This document shows, piece by piece, positions 49,150 through 60,375 of a stretch of 64,000 bases of DNA (positions within the stretch are counted from its first letter, which is position 1; each line of letters begins with the position of its first letter). Source of the DNA: Camelus ferus (lineage: Eukaryota). The position numbers and the translations under genes are program-made. The stretch covers positions 2,854,001-2,918,000 of the forward strand of contig NC_045696.1 in NCBI RefSeq assembly GCF_009834535.1, given 5' to 3'. The notes beneath the pieces were generated by a model. The model was not told the DNA's origin. It ran no database searches and saw only the letters and a program-made list of their open reading frames with translations.

Positions 49150-49677
49150 TGCTCTTAGATGTTTAGAGTTTCCGAACCTGTCTGACTTTCTGGGAGAAGA
49201 ATCCAACTAGAGAAATTGGTCGCCGGCCTGGATTGCTGAGCGACCCGTAAGCCTGTACGGAGCGGCAGAGCGTGTCCCGTGTCTCGTGCACAAAGGAGGT
49301 TGAGGGGCGAGGGTGACACGGGAGGTTCCGTGGGGCAGGGGCACGGTGGGAGATGCCATGAGCATGCAGCCCCCAGACTGACTGACGCCTGAGGACGGGT
49401 AACAGTAACCCTGCGACACCGTCCTGTGACTTCACCGTCAACCAATCAAGGACTGTGCCTGAGCTGATCACTTACCCTGGGACGCCCCGCCCTCACCTCG
49501 CCTTTAAAAATGCTTTGCTGAAACCCATCGGGTAGTTGGGGTTTTCTGAGCACCAGCTGCCCTGGGCTCCTTGCTTGGCAGCTGCCGTGAACATGGCACT
49601 TTCCTTCACCACAACCCGGGGCAGCAGATTGGCTTCACTGTGTTCAGGTGAGCGGACCAAGTTTGGTTTGGTACCAG
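49150..49677 (+). mobile_element. ERV1-type solo LTR in a PDE9A intron, antisense to PDE9A
   Basis: U3-R-U5-like order: aaccaatc, cctttaaaaatgctttgctgaaacccatcggg, ctccttgcttggc, actttccttcaccacaacccgg, attggctt, gagcggaccaagtttggtttggtacca. Confidence 0.7.
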
Positions 49678-50407
49678 CATGGGGGTCAGGGGGGCCCTGG
49701 AGTCAGGCGGATGCTGGCCAAGGCCAGACGGGGACAAAGCACCGGGCAGCAGGGAGGCTGTTCCAGCTGTACTGGGGGCCTTGGAGGGGGGGTGGGGACG
49801 GTGGATGGAGGGAAGGCCACACCTGAGGGGCCGCAGACATCACGGTGGGGGTCTGCAGTGATCTCAGGCGGCAGGGGGCCTGACGCAGCTCTGCACACAC
49901 TGGGGTCCTGACTTGGCCAGACCAACTCTGGGGGCTTTTGGGAAAACCTCCACCCCAGCTCTGAGCCGTGAACTGTCCCCTCCCTCAAACACAGGACCCA
50001 TCCCAGCAGCAACCTAGAGCCAGAGCCAATCTCCTGATGCTCCTTGCGGGTGCCACGTGCGGCTGGGTCCCGAGTGGCGGCTTTCCCTGTGCCAGGGGGC
50101 ATCTCTTCCACTGCCCTCCCTCCGAACAAGGTCGCCCTGGGGAAGAGGAGGAGGACAGGGACCCCGCAGGGCCGGGGCGCTGCTCCGAGGGGGTGTGAGC
50201 AGCCATGAGGCTGTGATCCCGCGGGGACCATCGCAACCATGGGTGACTCCCTCCGGGACTTTGCATTCCATGCAGCATGGTTTCCCCGAAGACAGAGCCC
50301 CTCGTCTGACCCGGCCCGGCTTTCCGGTGGGATGGACGAGCTCTGGCCCCGAAGGCCTCTCGCCGGTGCGGCCGGCCGTGCAGGCCCTGTGCGCACTCCC
50401 GTCTCAC

Positions 50408-50503
50408 CTCCTTCATGGCGTCGTCTATTTGCTTCAGCTCCTCATAGCGATCTCTGGATTCCCACAGGGGCTGCAGCATGAGCTCCTCGACTGCAGGGAA
50501 GAG
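50408..50503 (-). CDS. PDE9A: PDE9A exon: [32 protein letters not shown]
   Basis: Minus acceptor ctctcccag|CTC and donor GAG|gtgaga; 96 nt. Confidence 0.96.
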
Positions 50504-51951
50504 CTGGGAGAGACACAGACGGATGCCATCAACAGTCCGTCCTCCTTACGGAAAATGCGTGAGCAAAACTGCGCCAGGTCCCGTGCGTCTGGGGGGACCA
50601 GCCGAATGGGAAACGTGCTTCTGTCCAAGGGGACCTTTGGAGGCTCCTGGGCCGTGGCTGCGGCAGAATCCAAGGTGCCCAAGGTTTGATGCCGTCTGGT
50701 CAATGGCTCCTGGAAGCCCTCCTGGATGGAGCCTGCGAGGCTGCCACCCACGCACCTGAGCTGTTTCCTTCTCTCATGTTTTCCACGTAGACCTGGCAGA
50801 AGCTGCTCTCCTCCTTCTATCTCCTGGGACTCCCGACTGTCCATCCTGCAGACTCTCATCATCCAAACGCCAACCTCACCCACTAGCCGCTGACGGCCCT
50901 GTGGCCGGAGGAGCGAGGCCATCCCCTCTGCTCACAGCACATCCCGGCCCGGCCCTGCCTCCCGCCTGCAGCTCCCGCTGTGCCGGGCCCACCTGGCGAA
51001 CATCCATTTGTCTTTAAGATTCAGCTCTGAGGGCGCTACCTGCCCCCTCACCTGCGACCTCCCCAGCTCCAGGGAGGCGTGCCCCTGGTATCCCTGCCCC
51101 ATGGAACCCTGGGCACATAGCTCTCAGCTGCAGTGCTCCCAGGCTTCTCCAGCCCCAGCTCTGCTCCTGCAACTGGAGGAGAGCAGGTCCGTCATCCCCT
51201 CACTGTGCCCCTGCACCTGCCGGCCCAGGCGAGGTCCGTGGTTGTGGAAGGAATGCTCATACAGGAAGGCGGGTTCTTAGAGAAGCGACAGTGTGGTGGA
51301 AGGACACATTGAGACAGTTATGGAAGGCCACTGGGGATGGCATGGGGCGCCTGAGCTCAGAGGTGGAGGTTTGGAAAAGGTGAGACCAGGAGCTGTGGGC
51401 CGTCCTGCGAGATGGAAGTGCCAGGGAGGGTGGGGGACTGTGCACAACAAGGCGGGGTGGCTTGTCGTGTGTTGGGGGCAGTGGGGAACCATGGAAGGTT
51501 CAGGAGAGAGGCAGAGACCATCTCCTGGCTGAGGACTAACCTGGCGACAGCCCTGTGCTGGGTGGGGTGGGGTGAGATGGAGGTGTGCGTAGATGAGAAG
51601 GGTCTTCTGAAGGCAAGCAGGAGAGGCACTGACGAGGCCCCTGGGTGGTGCCCTGGGACAGGGAGGGCCTGGGGTGGCTCCCAGAGACACCATGGATGAG
51701 GTTCTCCTGGCCAAGGTGGCTGAGGAAGGGGAAGCCGTGCGGCTCTGTGGCTTTGCTGCTGGCGTGGCCGGCGGGGCAGGAGGGATGGGTGGGGAGGCAA
51801 GAGGGGAGTCTGTTTTGGACATGCTGGCGTTAAGGTGGGGGGGGGACTTCAGGTGGGGCACTGGGCAGGTGGCCCAAGCACATGTGCGTGTGTGTGCACA
51901 CACAAGTACTTCCCATCCTCGGGTCACCAGCTCGTGGTGATGGCGGCTCAC

Positions 51952-52080
51952 CTTGGTCACCGTTTCGAACATTGGAATCAGGACGAACTTGATGAACCCA
52001 ATTTGGGCTGTGGCTTTGGTCACTTTGTCCCGGTCCATGAACGGGGCCACGGGCAGGCCCTCTGACTTCTCGCGGTCGCT
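51952..52080 (-). CDS. PDE9A: PDE9A exon: [43 protein letters not shown]
   Basis: Minus acceptor ccccgcag|AGC and donor AAG|gtgagc; 129 nt; contains the invariant PDE Gln and clamp Phe (QIGF). Confidence 0.97.
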
Positions 52081-52735
52081 CTGCGGGGAATGCAGGAGAC
52101 ACGACGTTTAAGACAGAAAACCATCCGAATCTGGGAGCTTTTTCAGGGTCAACATCCCGCGAGAAAGAGAAAACAGCTACCAGGCCAGGGGGACCCGCCG
52201 CGCGGCCAGCACCTCGGCGGTCACGGGGGAAGAGGACGCCACCTTGCGTGCTGCCCAGCTGGGCCTGCAGGCTTGTGCCGGGGTTGGGGTTGGGGGGCTG
52301 GGGCTCAGCCGCAGCCCCCCAACCCCCACAGCTCCTCAGGCTGCTGTAGCAAGTGGCTTATTGTCCCTTCCAGCATCTTCCATCTTGGGCTGGCTTGGCT
52401 GTCTGTCCCAGAGCCTCCCGGGAACGGCTGCTGGCTGACCTCCCCTGGATGCCCTCTGCCTCCACGGTTCCCGCTCCAGGCCCTTGCGGGCCCCGGGGGC
52501 CCCTCAGCAGGTGAGCCAGTGGTCACAGGGGCAGCCTGACACGTGCTGCTCCCATTGGTCCCCGTCTTCTGTGCCTCAAATTACAACCCACTTCACTGCT
52601 GACGTGCGCCCGCTGTCACGGCTTCAGGGGGCTGGTGACGCGGCCACCCTGGCACCAGCCTGCCACGTCCCCGACATGAACCCAGTGAAGGGGGGAAGGA
52701 GCCACGGGAGGGTGGCTGCTGGGCAGCGCCCCTAC

Positions 52736-52840
52736 CTGCATGAAGTACTCCTCCAGCAAGCAGTCCACCCAGGGCTCGGCCACCTCCGCCGGGCGGACCT
52801 CGTTGGAGATGTCACAGCACTTTATCAGAACCATCTTCAG
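52736..52840 (-). CDS. PDE9A: PDE9A exon: [35 protein letters not shown]
   Basis: Minus acceptor ctccctctag|CTG and donor CAG|gtaggg; 105 nt; metal-binding Asp in CCDISNE. Confidence 0.97.
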
Positions 52841-55259
52841 CTAGAGGGAGAGAGGGGGGATCAGCACCACCACGCAGGCTGGTCCCGCCGCTGCGGGGCA
52901 TCACCGCACCCCCGGCAGTCAGCATCTTCCCAGAGGTGGGGGCTCGAGGCGTGGGCAAGCCCCTTTAAAACACGGACGGTGGTCCCACAAACCACACACT
53001 GCCAAGTTCAAGCGTACCTTCTGGACGCTGACAATACTAAGAAACGCAGACACAGCACTGCCAGAAGGCGGGACTTTAAAAGGTAATGGGAAGGAACCCC
53101 CTGAGGTGGAGGGTCCTGGGGCCCCTGGGCACAGACGTGGCCCGCTGGAAATAGAGGGGAAGGGGACCCTCACGTAAAAGCAGGGAGGGCACCCCCTCCC
53201 TGAGCACCGGGGAGGGAAGGAGGATGGGGAACCACAGTCCCGCCTGCTGACTGAAGGGGCGTCCAAGGCAGAATCCTGCCCCAGCCTGGGGGCGCACAGT
53301 CACCCAAGGCTCGAGGTGGCCTTGGCTTCTGCCCTCTGGTCCCAAGCCTGGCACCGCCCCGTGTTAGCCGGGCCTCTGCTGGGACCCTGGGCTTCCTGCC
53401 TTTTTTTTAAATTCATACTTGGATAAACTTTTATTTTTATATCAAAGGGAAAACTAATTTCACCTAAAGCTGCCTAACCCACATTTCCAGTTGTGACGGT
53501 GTTTCATTTACCATCTACCTTTGAAAGGCTTCAAATAAAACACAGCTAGGAAAACACAAAGAGCCCTGATCGCAAAGCCTCCCGGCAGCTAGGCGGTGGC
53601 CATAGTGCTGCAGCTGCAAGTCGGCTGCGACGCCTCCCCGGGAGCCTAAGCGCAGCTCGCCTGGGGGCGCAGATAAGCAGCACCGCATCCACACATTAGG
53701 TTGTGACCGGCAGTCCTGAGCAGACAGCATCAGACTGTGTGACTTAAAAAAATTACCCTCGACTTGTCACGAACTGTATCAAAATCTGTCTGTTCTTCCA
53801 GTCCTCCCAAAAGCTCTACAAAAGCAGTGATGTACCGTCCCCGTTGTCCTTCACTTGTTGCCCAGCTTGAGTTGCCGTCCCCCAGAAGCCCCCTCCTCCT
53901 CGCCGCCCACGTCTGGACGTGTGACCGTCCAGGTCCTGCCCTGGCCCCTCCTGCCAGCCTTCCCAGACACCAGCCCCAGATGGTGCCCCCTGCATGCCCC
54001 ACACCCGGCCGCGTCCTCGTCTTCCCAGGAGACTAACTCCCTCCGTCCGTGTGCAGGTCACTGACACTCACCCTGGGGTGGGGGGCAGTGGGGTGTGGAT
54101 GGATGGGGCCCTGGGGAGCCCGTGCCTCTCTCTGCCCCTGGCCTGCAAAGACGTGATGGTCACTCTCTGAGTGGCCCGCTGTCCTAAGTGACCCCTCAAC
54201 ACTGGCAGCGCCACATTCTGGGTTCCTGCCCCATCTCTCCGTCCCAGCTGGCCTTTCCTCTGCAAAGAACTGGCAATGGATGGGGCTGGTCTGCCCTTCC
54301 ATCTTCCATCTCCAGAGGTGTCCCCGCCCAGACCCTGCTCAGCCTTCTCGGCATCTTAGAGGGCAGGGTGGCACCTCCCCCGTCCCACTGTTTCCAGGAA
54401 CAAGGAACTCCCTACACCAGACTGCATCTCTCTCTTCCATCTGGGATGGGATGCTTTGGGAGGCCCTGACTTGGGGGGACAGGCTCTCCCGCTGTTCAGT
54501 TATTAAAAACTGGAGGTCCTCCCCTGCACACTGTGTGTATTAGCCATAATTCAGTTTTGTGGAGTGGACGAGCCCCTCCTGAGGACAGGATGGTCAGAAG
54601 TCCAGCCAGATCGAAGAGGACTGTCCTTGCTGATGAACACATGGTGACGGAAGTGACGGTGTGGATGGTAACACTTTTGAGAGAGCGAGGCTGTCAGAGA
54701 GTAGACCTCGCCCTTAGACCAGGCTCGCAGAACCAACCCCGTCTCTCTCTGGAGACTAAGGCGGGAAGTCTTCCCGAGTTTTCCCTTCTCCGAAGGGCAG
54801 ATGTGGGCACACCCCCGTCACGGGTGAGGTTCCCGCCCTTCTCTGGTCCCTCCGCCCTGGTTATGCAGGGGGCGCCCTGAAATGTAGCTGGTGGGGGCAC
54901 AGGTGGGAGGCGTGGGGTCCCACCGGGTCCCCAAGGTGCCTGCCCAGAGGCTGGGATTCAGTGTGTTTTCTGGGGCTGGGCCTTCATGGGAGAACCAACT
55001 TTATTCTCAGCAAACCAGAGCCAGAGGGACTGCCTTCACCCACTCATCGCCCTCAAATCAGAATGAGATGGAGGAACAGGAAAAGGCTGCCTTTAACCTG
55101 GGGGGGGGGGTCCCGCCAGGGGGCTTTCCCGGTAAGAGCTGTGACAGCGACACCTCACTCCGAGGCGAGGTTACGAATTTTGGCTTCTTGGTTTCCAGTC
55201 TGAGCCGGAGGGTGGGACTCACCCACCAGCCCCCAAAGAGGGAAGACAAGCCTGCGTAC

Positions 55260-55373
55260 GAGGGTCACGTGCTCCTCATTGCTGTAGTCAAAATTCTCCA
55301 TTTTTTCCTTGAAAGAATCCATAATCTCTGCGTGTCTTGCCATGTCCGTGGCCAAGATTAACGTGATCATCCC
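55260..55373 (-). CDS. PDE9A: PDE9A exon: [38 protein letters not shown]
   Basis: Minus acceptor gcttctcag|GGG and donor CTC|gtacgc; 114 nt; ILATDM PDE motif. Confidence 0.96.
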
Positions 55374-55559
55374 CTGAGAAGCAAAACAGCAAAGCGTCAA
55401 CACGGGGCACGATCTCGACAGCTGGGCAGTGAGTGCCGACTGTGTGCGGGGCCGCCCACATCACTTCAGCTGGTCCTCACGCCAGCGCTGTGGGCGTGCC
55501 TCGGAATCCCCGTCCTCATGTTCACAAAGACACTGAGACCCGCAGAGGCTGGGGAGCCT

Positions 55560-55878
55560 GCCCTCTGGAGGCTCCATTCCCTGACGTCTCCTGTTTCTGG
55601 TGCCCCCCGACTCCCCACCCCTGGCGCTCCATGGCTTGTGTCCGCATCACTCCCGTCTCTGCCTCTGTCGTCACACAGCCTCTCCGTGTCTGTGTCCCTC
55701 CTCTGTGTGTCTCTTATAAGGACACTTGGCATTGGATTGAGCCCACCTGGATAATCTAACCCAGAGCTCCTAATTTAATTAAACCTGCAAAGACTCTTTT
55801 TCTAAATAAGTCACAGGTCCTGGGGGGTCAGGAGGTGGACATACCTTTTTTTATTGGTTGGAGGGGCTACCATTCAGC
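55560..55878 (-). mobile_element. MaLR LTR fragment (MLT1B/C-like)
   Basis: gtctcttataaggacacttggcattggatt...cctgcaaagactctttttctaaataagtcacagg...accattcagccc. Confidence 0.7.
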
Positions 55879-56550
55879 CCGCCTCGCTCCTCAGGATGTG
55901 ATTCTCACATCACCCCCCCGCCCCCACCAAAAGTGTCGGAGGGTGAAGCACAGGGCGGTGTTCAATGGGACCCCCTGTGTGTGGGGGCACCACTTTTGGT
56001 GACTTGGAAGGTCTGCCTGAGGACAGGTGGCTACCCTCATCCTCCTCCCAATGTGCCCTGAGGAGTGAAAGGTCTCTTCTCTGAAGTGGGAGGTGGGGGG
56101 CTCACGGGGTGGCCGGGGACAGGAGGGGGCCTAGGGGCCTGCGGCCAGGGTTCTGCCCTGCCGGACGGAGCAGACGTGTCTGTCCAGGGCCCACATGGAC
56201 ACACTCGGCCTCCTTGGGTGAGCGAGTTACCTCCTCTCTGTCAGCCTCACTTTCCTGGGCTGCGACATCAGAAAGGACTTGTCTCAAAGGGTTAAAGTAA
56301 ATGGTGGCCGTGAGGTGCAGCTGCGTGGAAGCCCACGCAGGTGTGCACGCCACGTGCACACCTTTTCCTGGGGTCACGTGGTCTTGGAGGAGGTGGGCAG
56401 GTTTGTTCCCCAGGGTGCCTGGAGGGCACAGCTGTGCTTCAGAGCTCCCGGGAGCCTCAGCCACAGCAGAGGGGGCTTCCACTCTCTGGTCCTGCTCACC
56501 GTCTCCCCCGAAACCCCCGCTCTGCAGCAGCGAGCCCCCACCCCGCACAC

Positions 56551-56707
56551 CTGTCTGATCTGCCGGAAGCTGTCCGGCTGCACATTGGAGAAGATGTTGC
56601 ACTCAGGCTGGGTGAGGATCTGGAAGGCCACGGCACAGTGGTGGTTCTCCAGGGGCGAGATGTCATTGTAGCGGACGGCCAGCTCCGTGCGGGCGTTGAT
56701 CTGGTAC
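56551..56707 (-). CDS. PDE9A: PDE9A exon: (T)[52 protein letters not shown]
   Basis: Minus acceptor gatcccag|G and donor CAG|gtgtgc; 157 nt; LENHH PDE motif. Confidence 0.97.
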
Positions 56708-57829
56708 CTGGGATCGCAGGAGAGAGCAGAGGGAGCCTCAGGCACCCGCACTTGGAGGCCCCTGTGAGTCAGGGCAGCAGCGCCCGGGTGTTTAGAGGCT
56801 GGAAGTGATGGGGCTATTGGGGGCGACCACACCCTGCTGGTGCCCAGAACCCTCTTCTCCTGATGTTCTGCTGCCTGCTAACTAGATGCCCCCAAGATGT
56901 CACAGTACTAATGGCAGATGCCACCAAGAAGCCTCAGGGCCTCCCCGCCACATGCCCTGAGGGTGTTCAGGCCCCATGAGCATTTTCAGTTTGTGGTGGT
57001 GGGGGGTCAGGATGTATTTTCACAGTCAGGGGCTGTGGGCTCGGCCCTTGGCTGGCCTGTCCTCGGCACATCCTCCGAGTGTGAGGTGAGGGGACGCCGC
57101 CTCCTCTGGGGAGCACAGACGTCCCCGCCCTGGGATCCGCTCTGGTCCTGACAAACCACCGCCCGGTTCTTTGGCGTATCCGGTGTCATCACACACAATA
57201 AAATTCGGAACACGAACACACAGATTCAACAGAACAACCCATGCATCGCTGCGAACACAAACCAACACCACGTGGCCCGGACTCCGGCAGGTACTTGGGG
57301 TGGATCTCTGTGCCTCGCCCCCAGAGGCGGGACTGGATGTGCGGTCCAGCAAAGCTGGCCGGTCCTCCTGGCCTCTGCGCCCTGCCCTGCCTTGGACCCT
57401 CCCACCTCTCACTCGTCCATACCCTTCTCTGACTCAGTAAGTCTTAGCCCCTTCTCTCTGCTCACTTGGGAGGCTGCCCTTGGGGGAGTGAGACCCAGAG
57501 AACAAGGTCCACATGTGGGTGGGCGCCACTCCTTGCTTTGGGGGGAAGCGAGGTTCTGCTGCTGCCAGGCTCTGCCTGTGCAGATGCAGACTTGGGGCCG
57601 GGACCACAAAGGGGTGTGTCAGCCCCTCAGGGGTCCTGTCCCAGGAGTCAAGGCCCTGGACAAAGCCCCAAATCGGGGAGCCATGTCCCACGGAGGTGGA
57701 GCTGGGGGCTTGAGAAGCCTTCACCGACAGCTGCAGCTTGGAACTTGCAGAGCGTTGAGCTGGAAAGTTCACCTCTGATGCTCAGAGTGCCCTTGAGGGG
57801 GAAAAAGGAGATAAAGACCCCGAACATAC

Positions 57830-57912
57830 GTGTTGTTGTAGCCGGGATGGTCCAAATCATGGCAGATGGCCGCTGTCATCAGGATCAAGATATCCATCTG
57901 GGAAAACTTCTC
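57830..57912 (-). CDS. PDE9A: PDE9A exon: [27 protein letters not shown](T)
   Basis: Minus acceptor gatccag|GAG and donor AC|gtatgt; 83 nt; class I PDE signature [10 protein letters not shown]. Confidence 0.97.
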
Positions 57913-58139
57913 CTGGATCAGAGACAGGGTGGGTGGGGTGAGGAGGGGGCGTAACCTGGTGGGATCCGGGTGGGCCGAGGCCAAGTGGGAGGGGACCCAC
58001 CTCTCTGGGTCAGGAGGGGGAGGAGGGCGGGGCGCTTGTCATGGACACAGGCGGGGGCGGGGCTCCCAGGGATGGCTGTGGCTCCAGGGAGGGGCGGGGC
58101 TCCCAGGGAGGGGAGGACCCCCCACCCCGCCCTGCACAC

Positions 58140-58244
58140 CTGGAGCCCGCAGAGCCAGACCATGCTGTACATCATCTGGGCGACGCAGAAGCAGTGCCGG
58201 AAGTTGTGGAAGGGGTTGTTCCGGTAGTTGTCGTGCACGCAGAG
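58140..58244 (-). CDS. PDE9A: PDE9A exon: [35 protein letters not shown]
   Basis: Minus acceptor cccacag|CTC and donor CAG|gtgtgc; 105 nt; FHNFRH catalytic/metal motif. Confidence 0.97.
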
Positions 58245-58587
58245 CTGTGGGATGAGAGGGCAGGGTCCAGCCTCAGCCCCATCGCCCGCCGCCTCTCCAG
58301 GCTCCGGGCACTTTGTCCCTGTCGCCAACTGTCTGCTCCTGGCCTGGGCCTCCCGTTTCCCCAGGGTGCGGACAGGGGGCCCTGGGGCCTGAGGGCGTCC
58401 CAGGGCCACGCTGTGGCTTCCACTCTGGGCCCGTGGACTGAGCCATCCCCAGAGGGGCCATCCGGGGACCTGAAGCTGGGAGGGGGCTGGGGGTACGTGA
58501 GGGGCTCCAGTCACCAGCAAACCTTCAACACGCTTATAACGTTTGGTTCTGAGCAATACTGTGTTTCAAAGAAAGATCTGCTGCGAA

Positions 58588-58876
58588 ACACACACTCCTT
58601 TACACACGTACCGGTATCCTTCCCCACATGTACACCTCACACACTCATACACACACGTGCACACACCACAAATACACACTCACATGCATACACTTACACA
58701 TGTACCCCCACAAACACGCAGGCACCTGCACTCACAATTGTGCACACACCCCACATGTACACATGCAGTCACAAATGCACACACACAGATGCTCACACAT
58801 GTACACACACGTACCCAGGAACACATGCACACATGCACAGACACACGTGTGCATGACACCCCCCCAACACACATGC
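58588..58876. repeat. Degenerate (CA)n repeat in a PDE9A intron
   Basis: Runs such as cacacacgtgcacacaccacaaatacacactcacatgcatacac. Confidence 0.9.
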
Positions 58877-58969
58877 TGCCTCGTGCATCTCCATCAGGGA
58901 GGCGCCCACGGGCCATTCCCGTGGGACTCTGTGAAACCGTGTGCAGGGTCAGGAGGGCCTGACACTCAC

Positions 58970-59056
58970 CAGCCACCTCTTGAGCGTGACAGGGTTGATG
59001 CTGAAGTCTCTGACCAGGCCCAGGTCATGGTACATGTGCTCTAAGCAGCTGAGCAT
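58970..59056 (-). CDS. PDE9A: PDE9A exon: [29 protein letters not shown]
   Basis: Minus acceptor gcccgcag|ATG and donor CTG|gtgagt; 87 nt. Confidence 0.96.
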
Positions 59057-60007
59057 CTGCGGGCACAGAAGCAGGACGGTCAACAGCATGACCGGGCCAG
59101 GCCAGGCCCCCACGGCCCGGGAAAGCCTGCAGGAAAGCCGGGTGGCTTCCCCAGGCCGGTCCCCAGGCGAGTCCTCCCCTCCTGGGGGTCCTGGAGAGCG
59201 AAGCCTGCTGACTGGGGGTTTTCAGGATCCCCTGAAGGGATGTGGGGGCTTGAAAGAACAGTTGGGGTTCAGAAGTCAATGGGATTCTCTGCAGGAGGGG
59301 ACACGCCGGGTGAGAGGGACACCGCACCCAATGACCGCATTGGAAAGGATTTCACTTATTTATTCACGTGAGGGACCATCTCAGGGGGTCGGCTTCACAG
59401 TGTGAGGTTCCGGGACTCAGTTCCATCCTCAGCAGACCTGGCCCTGGACGTGCCTGAGGCTGGGAGATGGAGGAGCTCGAGGACGCACATCCCAGACGTG
59501 CGGCACCCCGCTCCCCAGCGGCCCCCGGCGGCGGGGTCACGCTCTTTAATGTGTTAACTGCAGTGCCCAGAAGCCGGCCCTCCTTCTGGGGCACTTCCCC
59601 TCTGAGCTGCCTTGTCCAGAAATCCCCGCTCAAGCTGGAACTGATTTTGTTTCCAGTCCCAAAGAGGATTTACGGTTGCCATCTGTTTAAACACCCCTCA
59701 GAGCTTCGCATCTAATTAGGCTAGGGAAGAAAGATTAAATGATTTTTCAAAAGTGAGAGTTTGACCCAGTGGGCTTTGCTTTCTGGGAAGGCAGGTCTTG
59801 GGTGAGAGCCCAGGGGGGATGGGGATCTGCCAAGCCGGGACGACACAGAATCAGCTGGGGGCAGAAGGCAGACACCGGCCGCACTCCCCCCGCCCCCCAG
59901 GTCCCACCCCTGTGCCCTCCGTCCGTCCCATCACCCACCGCCCCAGTGTCTGCACAGGCACTGCTTCCTGTCTGCCTCTGTTCACCGGGTGACCTCCTCC
60001 CAAAAGG

Positions 60008-60375
60008 GTGTCTTAGGGGCTGAACTGTGACCCCCAAATCATTGTGTTGAGGCCCTGACCCCAGTGAGACAGTTTGGAGAGAGGGCCTTGAAGCAGGTGA
60101 CTGAGGTGGGCCCTCGTCTGCTAGGACTGGCGTCCTTATGAGAAGAGACCAGGACACAGACACGCACGGGGGACGACCACGTGAGGACACAGGAGGAGAC
60201 GGCCATCTGCACGCCGAGGGGAGAGGCCTCAGACGGAACTGGCCCTGCCTACACCTTGATCTTGGACTTCCAGCCTCCAGACTGTGAGAACAGGTTTCTC
60301 CCATTCTTTGGAAGCCCCCACCCCGTTCCCCCAGCGCCTGTGGTGTTTGTTACAGGGCACACGCTGAGGAAAACT
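60008..60375 (+). mobile_element. MaLR LTR (MLT1A/B-like)
   Basis: gggctgaactgtgacccccaaatc...gtccttatgagaagaga...ccttgatcttggacttccagcctccagactgtgagaa. Confidence 0.8.

Noticed and set aside
58041..58962. His/Thr-rich ORFs (HTHT...)
   Set aside because: These are translations of the degenerate (CA)n repeat.
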